Under the pieces are notes generated by a model that ran no database searches, was not told where the DNA came from, and saw only the letters and a list, made by a program, of their open reading frames with translations. Positions 13,373 through 27,973 of a stretch of DNA of 64,000 nt are shown here, piece after piece. Every line of letters begins with the position of its first letter. Position 1 is the stretch's first letter. The position numbers and the translations under genes were made by a program. The stretch is taken from the NCBI GenBank assembly GCA_964016885.1, contig OZ024741.1, positions 376,712,001 to 376,776,000 of the forward strand. The letters are read 5' to 3'. Source of the DNA: Eledone cirrhosa (taxonomy: Eukaryota).

Positions 13373-15839
13373 GTTAAATATTTAGATATACGTGTGTTTG
13401 TCTACAGGAAAAAATGTGCATTTGTGTTTAACTGTTGTAAGCATTTTTTCGATATCATTCTAAAATCGCTTATAACACGAGTAATGAAGTAAACCTAATC
13501 ACGTATTCTATTATTCTATTCTGTCCCCCTCTATTCACGAACACACACACATACACACAAAGACTCACATACTCACATACATACACATATGTATATCATA
13601 TGTTCCTGCGGTAAGAAGTATATTACATCTGCTGCTGCAATTCTGATATATATAGCATTAATAATTAACAATACACTATGTAAGATGGATAGCTTATCAT
13701 ACATATATACACGATCAAATGACAAATTCCTGTAAAATACACTTGTGTATCGATACATAAATGCTACCTGCGAATCGTACAATAGACTGATGTCTCAACA
13801 GAAACCTTTCAACAGATCGATGACACTTTGAAACAACTACTGATACTTAGATATTGTTAAATTTGTTGTTGCTATATTTCCTAATTCACGAACATCATCT
13901 ATTAACGTTAAGGCTAAAATATTGCAATCATGAACATTCGGTCATTTTTAAAATTTCAAGGACGAGATTACCAGATGTCTGTTCCCCTTTGTAAGAAGAA
14001 ACATGGTCATTCGCGGGATATTTGGCTGTGTATTCTAGACCACCTCGAGACTACGTAGATTGCAGTTAAATTATATTTGGGAGCAATAAAATAAACGTTT
14101 TGAAAATTTAAATCCGTCATTATTGTCTTAAACCATCGAGAAGAGTGCACAAACTTAGTGAAAAGCTTTGGCTATATGCCCATTATTTGATAATTCACAT
14201 AAAAAACGTTTTTGAAAATGTAATGATTTTTCCAGCATCGATAAAAACTAACAATCTTATCAATCAATAATAGAAATTAACGATTTTATCAATCAATGAA
14301 TGTATGAAAACTCTCTAAATAGGGCACTGCAAATAAAACTATTGTTAAGTTTTATCCAGCATTTAAATTTATCATGAACCAAATCTGTAACTCTGTACAT
14401 TGTTAAGCAACGGTTTGATTTCAGCTTATATGTCTCCGAACTAATATTCGAGAAGAGAAGAATTTAGCATTGCAACATACAGACACTTACATACATTTTA
14501 CAACTCTCTTAAAAACGTCAAAAGCTCTTGTTTCATGGTATAAATCTGATATCTATATATAGGTATGTATGCATGTATGTATATACACTCATTGATACAG
14601 GAGCTTTATTGTAATTGATTGTTTAGTAGTCCCTGGAAAAATACTGCAGCTGTCGAGACACTGTGTGAGTCACATCGTCATTGATCAATTACCTAGAAAT
14701 AATAAGGAAATGTTCTCAAAATATACAATTCTCATCCAAACACAGTAGACAGCAACATTTTAGCTGCTGTGTATACGCCGTGTTTATTTAGAACTAATTA
14801 TATGCAGTCAATATTTAAAACTAATAATATGCAGTGACTATTTAGAACTAAGTAGACAGGGTAATTTCAGAGTTAATTGTTCAGACAGGATACGACTTCC
14901 TGACCTTATTCATTGCTTCTTTTACCATACTGATTGAGTTGGCCATTTACACGTCTCTCAGCTAGACGATCAACATTAAATATTGCTGTACAAAAGAAAT
15001 AATAAATAGATAAAACTACGTCTATTCGCAGGGCAATAAAAACTCAACCATTATATCATATAAAGTAAGATGTGTGTGTGGAGAATAATAACAAAAAGCA
15101 AATACTGAAAAAGAAAGTGTAGTTAACCTTCATAAATTAAATACCGTCTGAATGGTATAAATATATCGCAAATTAAATGTCATTATATAAAAGAAACCGT
15201 TTCAATAACATGTACGATTTATAGAAGAAACTACATTATAGAAATTATCAAAACATTTTCTTACTGTAATCCATAAGATTCTAGTATGTTATTAGTTCAA
15301 GAAACACAATTATATTACTTTTCATATTTTAACCGAACTTTAAGTATTTAAAGTGACAAGACACTTACAATTAAACTGGCAAGAACTAGACATTACGGCA
15401 GTATTTCAATTAGAATCTGAAGTATATATCACGTTTCTCCACTAATGACGACGGAGAATATTTGCAAACAGCCATTATAACAATGAACAATGTAATATTT
15501 TTATCCCAATGTCTTCGAAGATAATACGGAAAATGGGATAATAAAATGTTGGAACTGTCAAGGGATGAGTAAATTGAAACTTTTTCTAATGTTGTTTATG
15601 ATTAGAATACAATGGCTCAAAATGTGTATGGTCAAAGGCGTTGTATCCATAACGATCTTAACTTATGTTCATCTATGGCTATCAATACGTGATTCTGAGT
15701 TAATGCTTGCTACTATGCGGGTTGGGTTAAACGTTCCTAGGCTGACCAAGATATTGTTATGAAATTGCCAAATGAAGTTTATTTTTCAACATAGTCCCTG
15801 GAAAGAAACAAAGCAGTTATTGATAAGAAGAGTTGAAAT

Positions 15840-15875
15840 TAACGCAGCCTATGAACTTTTTAGACGACCTTCATA
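15840..15875 (-). mobile_element. Possible Tc1/mariner TIR remnant
   Basis: Reverse complement TATGAAGGTCGTCTAAAAAGTTCATAGGC resembles a mariner-type TIR (TACGAGGG...AAAAGTTC); no transposase seen. Confidence 0.3.
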
Positions 15876-16304
15876 TTGTGTATGACATTACTTTAACACT
15901 TAAAGAAAGCACATCATGCAAACCGAAATTCGTAACACCACCAGAAAATGATCTACAACTATGACACTTTAACAGCTGTATGGAGGCTCTGCTGCAAACG
16001 CAGTGAAATAATCTGGTGAGCATATTAAGGCAAAATCCTGTAACATTTTTGTCTCACTGTACTTTACTTGAAGACCTTTGTGAATTAAAAGCTGTAGAAT
16101 AATTTGGAAGAACGGAAACATCATAACGAAGGCAGAAGGCGAGTGTATAGAGAATCTGATGGCTGCAAATTCTGCAAAGAGTGCTGCAATTGTTTGGAAG
16201 ATTATAGAGTTTGGTCCACTTTTACGCTACGACCATTCACACAAACCTGTAACATATCCTGAACAGTTTAACCCATTGGTAAACTATACAACATAAATGA
16301 ATAG

Positions 16305-16311
16305 ATATATA

Positions 16312-16370
<59 letters not shown>

Positions 16371-16514
16371 ATGTATATATATATTATATATGTGTGTGTG
16401 TGTATATATATATTATATATGTGTGTGTGTGTATATATATATTATATATGTGTGTGTGTGTGTATATATATTATATATATATATGTGTGTGTATATATAT
16501 ATTATATATATATA

Positions 16515-16545
<31 letters not shown>

Positions 16546-16547
16546 TA

Positions 16548-16580
<33 letters not shown>

Positions 16581-16588
16581 TATATTTA

Positions 16589-16620
<32 letters not shown>
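16305..16620. repeat. (TA)n/(TG)n higher-order repeat, ~28-32 bp unit
   Basis: Repeating ATTATATATGTGTGTGTGTGTATATATAT-like units. Confidence 0.9.
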
Positions 16621-17066
16621 GTACATGAGTGGGATGCCAACAACATCACAACTCGTAACTAAGGAAACTATAAAGACATATAAAAACACAAAAGAACTAA
16701 ACTAATAAAACAAACCAGACACACACACAGATAAAACAAACAACCAATTAGGGACAAGTAAATAAACCTACAAATAAATAAAGAAATACACACAATCACA
16801 CACAAACCCTGATATGAACCGCCCAAGTACGCAGTTCAAACAAAACAAGAGGGTGTAGGAGAGAACAAAGAAGAGACAAACCTAACAGCAAAGATAGCCA
16901 CTGAGGAGGTTACAGAATGTGTGACAATCAACAAACAACAAAGCAAACATCCTGTTATTGAGCAAACCAACTGGGAGTTTATAATAAATTGTATTGAAAA
17001 CCAACAGTTGCGTGTGTTTCATTGGCAGCATGACCCTCCCAATATATAACTATGTATATATATATA

Positions 17067-17154
<88 letters not shown>

Positions 17155-17215
17155 AGAGCGGCGCCCCAGCATGGCCTCAGCCGGATGGCTGGAACAAGTA
17201 AAAAAGTAAAAGAGT
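17155..17215 (+). mobile_element. SINE 3' fragment in (TA)n
   Basis: GAGCGGCGCCCCAGCATGGCCTCAG...AACAAGTAAAAAAGTAAAAGAG resembles a cephalopod SINE 3' tail (from recall). Confidence 0.55.
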
Positions 17216-17829
17216 ATATCTGTGTCGTTGTTTGTTTTTGTGTGTGTGTGAATGAGTGAGTGCGTCTGAATGAATGTGTATGTGTGTGTGTGTGTAGAGT
17301 CACTTTTGACTGTTTATCTATCCTTCTGCCCTGAAGTTATGTAACAATAATATTAATGGTCTATGTCTTGTGCTGCTGAGAAGCTACTCTAAAAGTTTGT
17401 TTTGGTGTGAAATTGTTATTGTATTAAAGAGTTTTCTAACTATAGTCATCTTTGTATTGTTACGAAAGACAAAGTTTAGGCTAAACAATCCCTATGAGTT
17501 ATTAAGGGCAATTTGGAGATTCAGTATGCCTTACTTAAGTAATGATAGAAAGACAATCAGGGCATTGAATTATGTGATGTTGTTGGAGAAATCCAGAAAT
17601 GCATTATAGGGAGGTAATTATATATATGTCCCCAGGATCATCGTTCAATGTTTCTGATTATTTGAATCTAATAACCCATTTGATGACTTAATTATATTTT
17701 CTAACGTAATTATGCTATTTCATATTCGAAACCCAATCTTTCTATTCTCTGTGAACCTCCTGGAGCAATATTACTTCAATGCTAAACACTCATTAAAATT
17801 CCTTAATAACCCGATGAAATCAATAAATA

Positions 17830-18010
17830 ATTGTTTCTATTTTCGGCATATGGCCAGAAATTTGCAGGAAATTTAACAGTCGATGAAATCGACACAAGTA
17901 TATTACTGGTATTTATTTTATCAACCCAATGAATGTGAAAGGGAAACCGGAATTTTATCTCAGATCGTAGATATCCGTAACAAATCATATTCGACGCTCT
18001 ACTGATATCA
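17830..18010 (-). mobile_element. Degenerate SINE
   Basis: TTACTGGTATTTATTTTATCAACCCAATGAATGTGAAAGGG..CTCAGATCGTA matches the SINE core. Confidence 0.65.
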
Positions 18011-21000
18011 ATAAATAATACTAATGCAAATAGATTTTAGTGTGTGTGTTTAAATTAACGTTTATATAATTTATTCAAAATATATTCTATATTTCCCCGC
18101 AGATTCTTGAAAATTTAACAGTGTTCATCCAAATCTCATCTTACTGTCGTAATGAATGTAAAGTGCTTCTTAGCAATAATTGGTCATCCAGTTTAAACAT
18201 TATCAACTGCTTCTCGAATGATGTCAGTGGAGGCTACTATGTTGCAATCATTCGCGGTCTCGGATGTGTGCTTAAGCTGATAGGCTGAGTTTCAGTACCG
18301 GAGATTTGTAAAACCTGGGATTTTCAATAAATTTGAACTGGATGTTTGTTAAATAAAATTAAATTGGTCTATACGAACAAAGCCTAAATTGAAATAAGTC
18401 TGCCAACATGATTATATTAGCCAGTGAAAAGAGTTCTAAAATAGAGCTGATCCTATTGCACAAAGTAATGAATGTCATTAAAGTATTTCAAATATTTATA
18501 TCCGGATTATAGTTTGAAAGATGTGGAGTTAGATGGTTAATGGCAATATTAGCCTATTAGTGAATAAAATGAGTCCAAATATGTTGAAATCGTTATATAG
18601 AATAAACAAAGTAACTAAGCACGAGGAACTTGTTTCAAATGAAAATGGAAAATGATTATCAGCAACGTGGAATGAGCTACATCAAATATATCCCATAGTT
18701 GTAGATACAGAACGCAAGCCACAAATAATTGTCTGTTAGACTGCTGTAGTTGGTCATCACAAATATACGTTTGTATGGCTTACAGTCTGTGCATAAATTA
18801 AAACCAACACATGTTTATATATACTAGGTTTAAATATAGATACTTATACAACAAATAAAGGATATATAACAAAGTTTTATATAGAATTTTTTAGTTTCTA
18901 TTTTCCATAATGTTTAAGAATAATTTTATTTGTGATGCATTTAGTTATACCTAGCTGTATACCGAAGGAACAGTTTGGTAACCATTGCAACATATTCAAA
19001 GATTTATTCATTCCTCGGTTACTCACAAATCGAATGTTAAATTCATGCCTAGCAAAAGCTTAATAAGGTCTGATCTTACATCATTTGTTCTAAATGCATG
19101 TTTATTGTACAGAAACCCTTGCACTCCAGGGACACATTCATATGAATCTATACTTAAGTCCACCTGTTCTATATGCATTCTTATTGTGCAAAACATCTGG
19201 GAAATATACTAACATTGAAGTATGATTTCACATGGGAGTTATATATGAAATCAACTTAGCGTGACGAAATCTAAACACATTATTTTCCAGAATATTCTTT
19301 AAAATACAGGACGTTTTCTAATATGAGGAGAAGAAATATAATATTTTCATAAAATTAATTTAGGAAATATCCAAATTAATAAAAATGTGGTTTCACATAG
19401 GCCGGTGAATTCACAGGTTTAACGGTAGACATGTTTAAGTAAGGAATGAACAAAGTTCTTTGTCCGATACTTTATTCCTAATCGATCTGTTATGTTTCAG
19501 AGATCCATCTATTTCTATTATGACGTCTCTGAAATAATTAGTGGTGTAGTCCCCAGCTAAGCGCGTCGCAAACATTACATTTCACATTATTGAATCTGGA
19601 CACTACGTGGAAATTACGAACCTACCGATGCCTATTATCCATGTAATAAATATATATTTCTATGCACTTTTCTATCTAGGCGAATAAAATGTGGTTATGA
19701 AGAAAGTCGCCATTATAAAATAGTTCCGAAAACTCTCATTATTATTCACAAGGAAGATACTTCGTATAGTTCAATTGGCATGTTTGTTGTAATTTTGCAT
19801 TTGCTTCCGACTATAAAAATGTCCAGTGACAGCGTGAGGCTGTTGCAGTCTAGTGGAGCAAATCTGATACGCAGGTTTGTTTCTATGTGGTATCTAATAA
19901 TTTACTCTGAAGATATGTTAAAGAAAAAATCACTTTCTTCGAATAATATGTCAATGGTACTGATTACAAGTAAATAAGGAAATTGATTCTGATAATAGTT
20001 ATAACAATATTTTCTCATTGTATAACCAAGATACATTTAACTGAGTCCATTCAGCTGAAACTATACCTTCCATTTCATCCATGTTATCTATACTGCATAC
20101 AAAAGAGACGTTCGAACTCAGAATCTAAATGCGTTTAAGTACGAACCGCAATACATTTCATCTCATGCGATAAATAATGAGATTTTGTAAATTCCATTTG
20201 ATCACAATCACATGCTGCTGTATGCCTTGCAAATTATGACTTGTTATTCATATTTCAATATAAAATATCGCATAAATTGTTTGTTGTTCACCTTGAAAAT
20301 GACGTTGAATAATTTAGTAAAGAGAATAATGATTGTCAATGGAAATGAAAATAATACAAAGTTATTTTATTCTAGCGATTGTTGAAGGAGTCCTCTTGAA
20401 CATTTAGATTTATTATGTATGTTAAAATAGCTAATTATCTGAAAGATTATTTGAATGCATAATTAACAATCACACTCTAAAGTAGATTTTCTAATTATTT
20501 AATTTCAATATAGGCACATCAGTGGAAACATTAAATTACAACAGTAACATCTTTATCAACACAGCAATTAAGAAAATCACGGGAATCTAATCTCTATCAA
20601 TATGTGTTATATTAACAGCAACATCAACAACATAAATGACATTTAAAACACTACAAACAACAATAACTGAATGCGCAAAAAGAACACCAATTATAGGCAG
20701 AATGACATTTGAAGTTCCTTCAGAATTATATTGGAATATATATTCTTTCATCTCACACTTTCTACTGCATATGATAAATCAATGAATTGATTTTCACACA
20801 AGCCAGGATTTTTCTGTATGTGTTCCTAGAGAGAGGTGAGGATGTTATTTATCTTTGTTTACGATTTTGTGACACAAAAATAAAAAATGAAAGAAAAGTA
20901 GAAATTTCTTGGTAAAAGGTACAGACAAATAAATCAACAAGTAACTAAACCTGATTTATACTTTATCGACACAGGTAAAATAAATGGGATAGGGGCAAGT

Positions 21001-21955
21001 TCCTCATCCCGGTAAAAATAAATCAGCTATATCTCTTTAAAATCGATTCCCTGCCCTCATAGGAAATAAAATGCTCCTAAGCTTCATGCTCAGTCTAGTA
21101 TATCCAATAAAAAATAAACAAAAACAACAAAATAAAAAAAAAATTTAAAAAAACATGTCTACGAGACACAAAGAAGATTTGATGTCATAGACATAATGTA
21201 AGGCAGTTGAATATCATAAATTCTTCAGTCTCCCAATTTACATTCTCTGCTATTTAACTTTGCTTATTTAAAGATGAATATTTATATATTTACTGTAATA
21301 TCACATATTTCAGAGAAAGATGACATCAATTCAATAGACACGATACATCAGTGTTACTGATGCAATTGAATATGAAATAGAAATAATCTCTGCATCTGAA
21401 ACAATATAGCAGTGAGCGGTGGAAGTGGTAACTGATTAAACATGAGATGCCATCTATATATCTATAGCTGCCAACTATTCCTTCATATGGGCTGTTTAAT
21501 ATTTGATGCCTGGTGATGCCTTCCTGATTAACAAAATATGTCAGAGTATGTTTCCTTAAAACATTTAAGTATCAGTCGACAAGAATCATTAATGGATGAA
21601 TCTAGCTAACAACCAGGGGAGAAATAAAAACCTACACCCTCTTAGAATAATGGAATTGAAGATACGTGAACAGCTAAACCAGTAGAGTACATTATAAATT
21701 TCATAACTGTCTCTCAAACGGAATTTGCAGGGCCAACTGATTAGGTAATGAGACATGTCTTCAACTTATTTGCTACTACATTAGGACAAAGATTTTCATC
21801 CCGTGCTCAATTATCATTCTACTTTTCAACGCATAAGTAAGAATGATATTTTATATTCTCGAACACAGGCACACACACACACCCAATCGCGCGCGCGCAC
21901 AGCCAAATTAATGCACACACACACACACGCAAACGCACACAAAAAAAACACACCC

Positions 21956-22008
<53 letters not shown>

Positions 22009-22039
22009 TCTATATCTATATCTACATATCTATCTATCT

Positions 22040-23262
22040 ATCTACCTATCTTACACCACCCACCCCACACGCAACTAACATAACTAACACCCCCCAACCC
22101 CACGCACACGTACCCACACACCCTCGTACACCACCAACTCTACACACCCTACCACCACTAACCCCCACTCACACCTGCATTCAACCCTTCCCCACATACA
22201 CACCAGTACACCACACTCCCTCCATAGAACTACACACATCCTTCTCTCCCCGCTCCACCCACACCCTCGCTCCACACTCACTCATCCCACTAACACCTCT
22301 ACTAATACACCCCCCCTCCTCACTCCAACTTTCACACCTACCCATCCTCGCCCCTTTACCATTCCACCGACTGCTGCTATGCCCTCTGACCACCTCCCAG
22401 CACAAACAGACACACAGCATTCCCACTGCTTGACCACTTTCTGTTGCGCGCGCACCCCACATTTCTCCTCTTCCGACCATCTCTTCATGGAATACTCATA
22501 TGTGGAACTTGACCACCACGGAATCTACAAAACATCATAGGAATTTACCAACTTTTCAACCATCCTCTTACGGAATCACCTATATAACTCACCCACACAC
22601 ACACCCGAACAATTCTTTTTATAGACACGCCACCTACACCCAAAACACGCTTAAACCCCACACACACGTGCTTTCCACCACATATTTACACCCTCAGCTT
22701 CCTGATTCCTCTCCCCTCACCCCACTATCCACACACGCACAGACACTCCGACCTACAACCCCCCACACCCACACCTCTTCCTGAACATGCAACCCCGTTC
22801 TTCCCCCAACCCTTACTTTCACATACACACACACACACAAACACACGTACACCTACACAAACACACCACCTTCAGCCCTCCCCGCTCGGACACCCCGTCT
22901 CCCTGTCCCCACTCCACCCGCCACCACCCCTACACACCCCACACCCTTCCACCACCTGTTTTACCCCTTTTTAATTTCAGTTTAATTTGATCATGCTTTT
23001 ATATTCAATTTTATTTCATTCCTTGTATTTTGATCATGATTTATTTTTATTTTTAATTTCATTCGCACCGTTTCCTTTCGCTATATGTCTCTCCCCCACT
23101 CCCCCACACACCCTTTGAAATCTGTTCCCACACACTTCTCACCTGAGGAAGGGCTTATGCCTGAAACGTCGTTCCCCACCACCACCCCACTCTCCAGAGC
23201 GTGAAATTAATAAACATTCGTTGTACTGCCTCTCTGTTTTGTTCCTATTCAAATTCTTCCAT
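22040..23262 (+). mobile_element. Probable PLE 3' remnant: C/A-rich tail ending in HHR and AATAAA, TA-flanked
   Basis: Bounded by (TA)n; HHR motif at 23141 followed by AATAAA; weak LPTFQP..GI similarity to a GIY-YIG C-terminus near 22540. Confidence 0.45.
23141..23172 (+). ncRNA. Minimal type I hammerhead ribozyme (PLE type)
   Basis: AC-CTGAGGA-A-GGGC TTAT GCCT-GAAAC GTC-GT; loopless palindromic stem III (ACGT); stem I very short. Confidence 0.5.
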
Positions 23263-23264
23263 TA

Positions 23265-23296
<32 letters not shown>

Positions 23297-24309
23297 CGTG
23301 TGTATAATGGTAGCTATGGTGGTTCCATAGGCGGTATGACAAAATTAGCACTCAATATTCATACAGAGCAGAGTGTGAATAGTATTAAAAAAAATCAGTG
23401 ATGCATCTGGACTCAGTTTATTGCATGTTACAATTGTTTCGCCGGCAGGTAGGTAGAGACATCGTGACTGTATGGATCTGGCTGATTCTCTGGCTGATTC
23501 TAGGGCTGGTTCCTTCGGACACAGGCAACACGTTCGGAGCAAATTTTCTCACTGGGGTGTTATCGTTAAAAAACACTTTCACACAACCTCTTCCCCTCTT
23601 GTCATGCAATTGGCTGTTGTTATTCTACGTCATCATAAGTTCTAGTCACTAGTTACTGAAACACTGGTCAACAGCCATTTTCCGTCCGACACACTTCAAT
23701 TGAGCCATGCTGGGTTTGGATATCTCACACGTCTGTGCACACTCCATAGTATGTACCCACATATACACACACAATAAACACACACACGCGCAGGCACACT
23801 CGCATGCATACACATACGCACGCACACATGTGACATGTGTAGACACACATACCCCGATGCACATATACACCCGCACACACTCTCCGTCTCTTCCATAAAC
23901 CCAGGCACACCCACATCCACATACCGACCGCTACATGCCTAATGGCGCCTGCCTAAACAGCGCCATACATCCTGTCTCCCACACACGTATACGCGCACAC
24001 ACGCGTAGACACACACGTCCACGCATACAAAAACACATATCGGTGTTCGGGCACATCAGCACATATATACAAAAACACTCTCAGACACATACATGGATAG
24101 AGATGCACATACACGCATATCCTTATGGATAGGCATCAAGGACAGACACACTTCCAAAGACATAACCACACATACCCACACATACACACACCTGTACATA
24201 TATCTACACACAAGTACATGTACCCGCATATAAACACATAACAAACCCTGTCTTATGTGGGTGTACGTACGCACCCACACATATACACACTCCCATATAT
24301 ACACACACC

Positions 24310-24345
<36 letters not shown>

Positions 24346-24901
24346 ACATAGACACACACTCATATACACACGCATGCAGACACAAATGTATAAACATATA
24401 CATATATGTATACGCACACATATATACACATGTATATACGCACATACATATACATACTTATACGCACATATGTCTATATGCGTACACACACACACACACA
24501 TACAAATATACACACATATACGCACGCACATACAGCCACGCATAACCCCATATATATATATATATATACGCACATACACATACATACAAAATACACGTAC
24601 GTACACGTAACTACATACACACATACATACACACGCATATATATAAAACGCTACATGTATACGCACACGCACATATATACATACATATATACATACACAC
24701 ATATATACATGCATATATATATATATACACACGCACACAGACGGCTACATGCACATACATGCACATATGCATATTTGCTTACACACACATGCTTCCACAT
24801 ATACATATATAAACAAAACCGTAAAAAATAAATATACAATATATAATAAAAATACAATATACAATAAAATAACAATAAAATAAAATATAGTATACAATAC
24901 A

Positions 24902-25021
<120 letters not shown>

Positions 25022-25383
25022 CATACATATTCATTCTTACATATATATATACATATAATGGATATATGATAAAATAATTCATAATAGAATGAATATATAA
25101 TCCATCCGTACACATTCCTGTGAGATGTCCACATATATATATACACACAAATACACATACATAGAGAGACCCATGTATACATACATCCACACATACACAT
25201 ACATACATACGCACACACATACACACACATAAACTCATACATAGCTATGTATATATATATATATACATGTATATATATGTGTACACACCCACGTATGTAC
25301 ACACATGTACATGCATGCACACACACGCGTATAAACTCATGCATATCACATGCACACATACACACCGCCATACACACACACGT

Positions 25384-25422
<39 letters not shown>

Positions 25423-26059
25423 CACACACACATAGATATACATACGCACAGGTCTACACATAAAAACACACATATAAACACAATAAGATAATAAAATAAA
25501 ATAAATAAATTTACAATATGTTAAAATACATTAAAATCTGTATATAATTTCACAAAGAGATAAATAAAAAAGGTGGGGGGGGGGGGGGTAGTAAAGGAGA
25601 AGGTACGTGTATCCATGCGATACACTACACACATGTAGTATGAGGTGCAAACTTAGGTCCGTGTATGGAACAAGTAACAATTACAAAACAATAATAACAG
25701 TAATAATAATTGTTCCAAAGTGGAACATGTGGAGAGTATATATTCACGATTGACGGGTACACATTCAAGGGGACCTTTGGCCCGGTCACCTAGGGGTATG
25801 CCACCGTGGTTGGTGTGTGCTGTTCTCTATGTTTGGTGTATTTGACTGGACGACCGTGGACACCGTGTTAGTAGGTCCCGGCCTAGGCGATGTACCTGCC
25901 TAATGTTGCATGCCTGGTCCGTTGTGCACCCTGGTTTATTTATGCTTGCTACACGGGTCGCACAATGTCATCAGGGCATGGTTACAGGTCCCTTAATCCC
26001 GTTGGTATGCTTGGGTCTGTGCGTACCGGGTCCATTGCCCCTGGCCTGTGCTAGCCGGA

Positions 26060-26420
26060 GGATTCCATGCTGCAAATGTGGATCTTCTCTGGTGTCTGCA
26101 GGTCATTACAATTTCAGACTACATGTTGACCGCGTTATCTTTCAGTCTGACTATCTCCATGACCTCGTGTAGGCATAATCGGCACTTTCTACTTCCAGCC
26201 GAATATGCCCTCGCATGCGAATGATAGTCCATTCCATGGCGTACGGAGTGCCTTGGTCTTTCAGACCCCACATCAGGTCCGCTAACCTAGTGGAGTGCCT
26301 TTTGCTACGGTCCCTGAAGGAATTCGTGTGATTATACAGCCGCGATTCAAAGGTCGAGGATGTTGCGCCGATGTAGGTGCGATGCGCATTTTGGGTTGTA
26401 ACCACACACTTGTATATCAA
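26060..26420 (-). pseudogene. GIY-YIG endonuclease fragment, Naiad-like PLE
   Basis: LIYKCVVTTQNAHRTYIGATSSTFESRLYNHTNSFRD...TRLADLMWGLK...EWTII, then after a frameshift SRKCRLCLHE...TCRH. Confidence 0.85.
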
Positions 26421-26748
26421 TCGTGAATATAAACTCTCCACATGTTCCACTTTGAAACAATTATTATTACTGTTATTATTCTGTTGTTATTGTTACTTGT
26501 TCCATACACTGACTTAAGTTTGCACCTCATACTACCTGTGTGTAGTGTATCGCATGGATACACGTACTTTTACCTCCCTCCTTTTTTTTATTTATTTCTT
26601 TGTGATATACAGATTTTAATGTATTTTAACATATTGTAAATTTATTTATTTTATTTGTATTATCTTATTGTGTTTATATGTGTGTTTTTATGTGTAGACC
26701 TGTGCGTATGTATATGTATGCGTGTGTGTATGTATATATATATATATA

Positions 26749-26793
<45 letters not shown>

Positions 26794-26795
<2 letters not shown>

Positions 26796-27265
26796 GACGA
26801 GGTTATAGTTCAGTTGAAGCATTGTGTAATGAGGTATAAACGTTTGAATATGTATAATAAAGCCAAAACAATGCAGGTATGGACATAGAAAAAAGAATGC
26901 AATTGCAAAAGATATTGTTGACAATTCGTCTTTTACATTAGATTTATTTAAATGTCCTTAATTTTCGTGATAATATCTCTTCTTCAGAGGGAAATAAAGG
27001 TCTCAAACCAGCGTTCTAACTAGCTTGCCAAGCCATGCTGACAGGAAATATTATTTCCTGTCAGCATGGCTTGGCAAGATATTTAGAACGCTGGTTTGAG
27101 ACCTTTATTTCCCTCTGAAGAAGAGATATTATCACGAAAATTAAGGACATTTAAATAAATCTAATGTAAAAGACGAATTGTCAACAATATCTTTTGCAAT
27201 TGCATTCTTTTTTCTATGTCCATACCTGCATTGTTTTGGCTTTATTATACATATTCAAACGTTTA

Positions 27266-27267
<2 letters not shown>
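26794..27267. mobile_element. Near-perfect 433-bp palindromic element (216-bp arms, 1-nt loop at 27051) with a 41-bp one-sided extension, in (TA)n
   Basis: 26835-27050 is the reverse complement of 27052-27267 (two mismatches seen). Absent from the paralogous TA tract (~25390-25416) in the other arm of the host element. Confidence 0.9.
27112..27146 (+). ncRNA. Minimal type I hammerhead (mirror copy on minus strand at 26956-26990)
   Basis: CCT-CTGAAGA-A-GAGAT ATT ATCAC-GAAA ATTA-AGG; palindromic stem III AATT; AATAAA just downstream. Confidence 0.65.
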
Positions 27268-27352
<85 letters not shown>

Positions 27353-27743
27353 ACGTGTGTGTGTATGGCGGTGTGTATGTGTGCATGTGATATGCATGAG
27401 TTTATACGTGTGAGTGTGCATGCATGTACATGTGTGTACATATGTGGGTGTGTGTACACATATATATGTACATATATATATATACATAGCTGTGTATGAG
27501 TTTATGTGTGTGTATGTGTGTGCGTATGTATATATGTGTGTGTGTGGATGTATGTATACATGGGTCTATATATGTATGTGTATTTGTGTGTATATATATA
27601 TGTGTTCATCTCACAGGAATGTGTACGGATGGCTTATATATTCATTCTATTATGTATTATTTGATCATATATCCATTATATGTATATATATATATATGTA
27701 TGTATGAATATGTATTCATGTATATATATATATATATATATAT

Positions 27744-27910
27744 TGAAAGGATAACAAGGACGATTGGTTACTCCTTCATTACATTTATTGGTAGGTAACG
27801 TGCGTTTCGCCACTGATCAGCTCAAGGTTCGATCTATATCGATCCTAACCGACTCAACGATCGGCAGCTCGACGGACCCTTTAACATTTTTACTCCAAGT
27901 TACATCCCCT

Positions 27911-27912
<2 letters not shown>
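27744..27912 (-). mobile_element. 169-bp TA-inserted element with degenerate hammerhead (27793-27879)
   Basis: Minus strand: GGGT-CCGTCGA-GCTGCCGATC...GATCAGTGGC-GAAAC GCAC GTT-ACCT, then AATAAA. Absent from the paralogous TA tract 24905-25020. Confidence 0.65.

Positions 27913-27973
<61 letters not shown>

Noticed and set aside
25753-26417. Circular permutation of endonuclease and linker in the fold-back centre
   Set aside because: The downstream segment only weakly resembles the Cys linker; ordinary 3' UTR explains it more simply.
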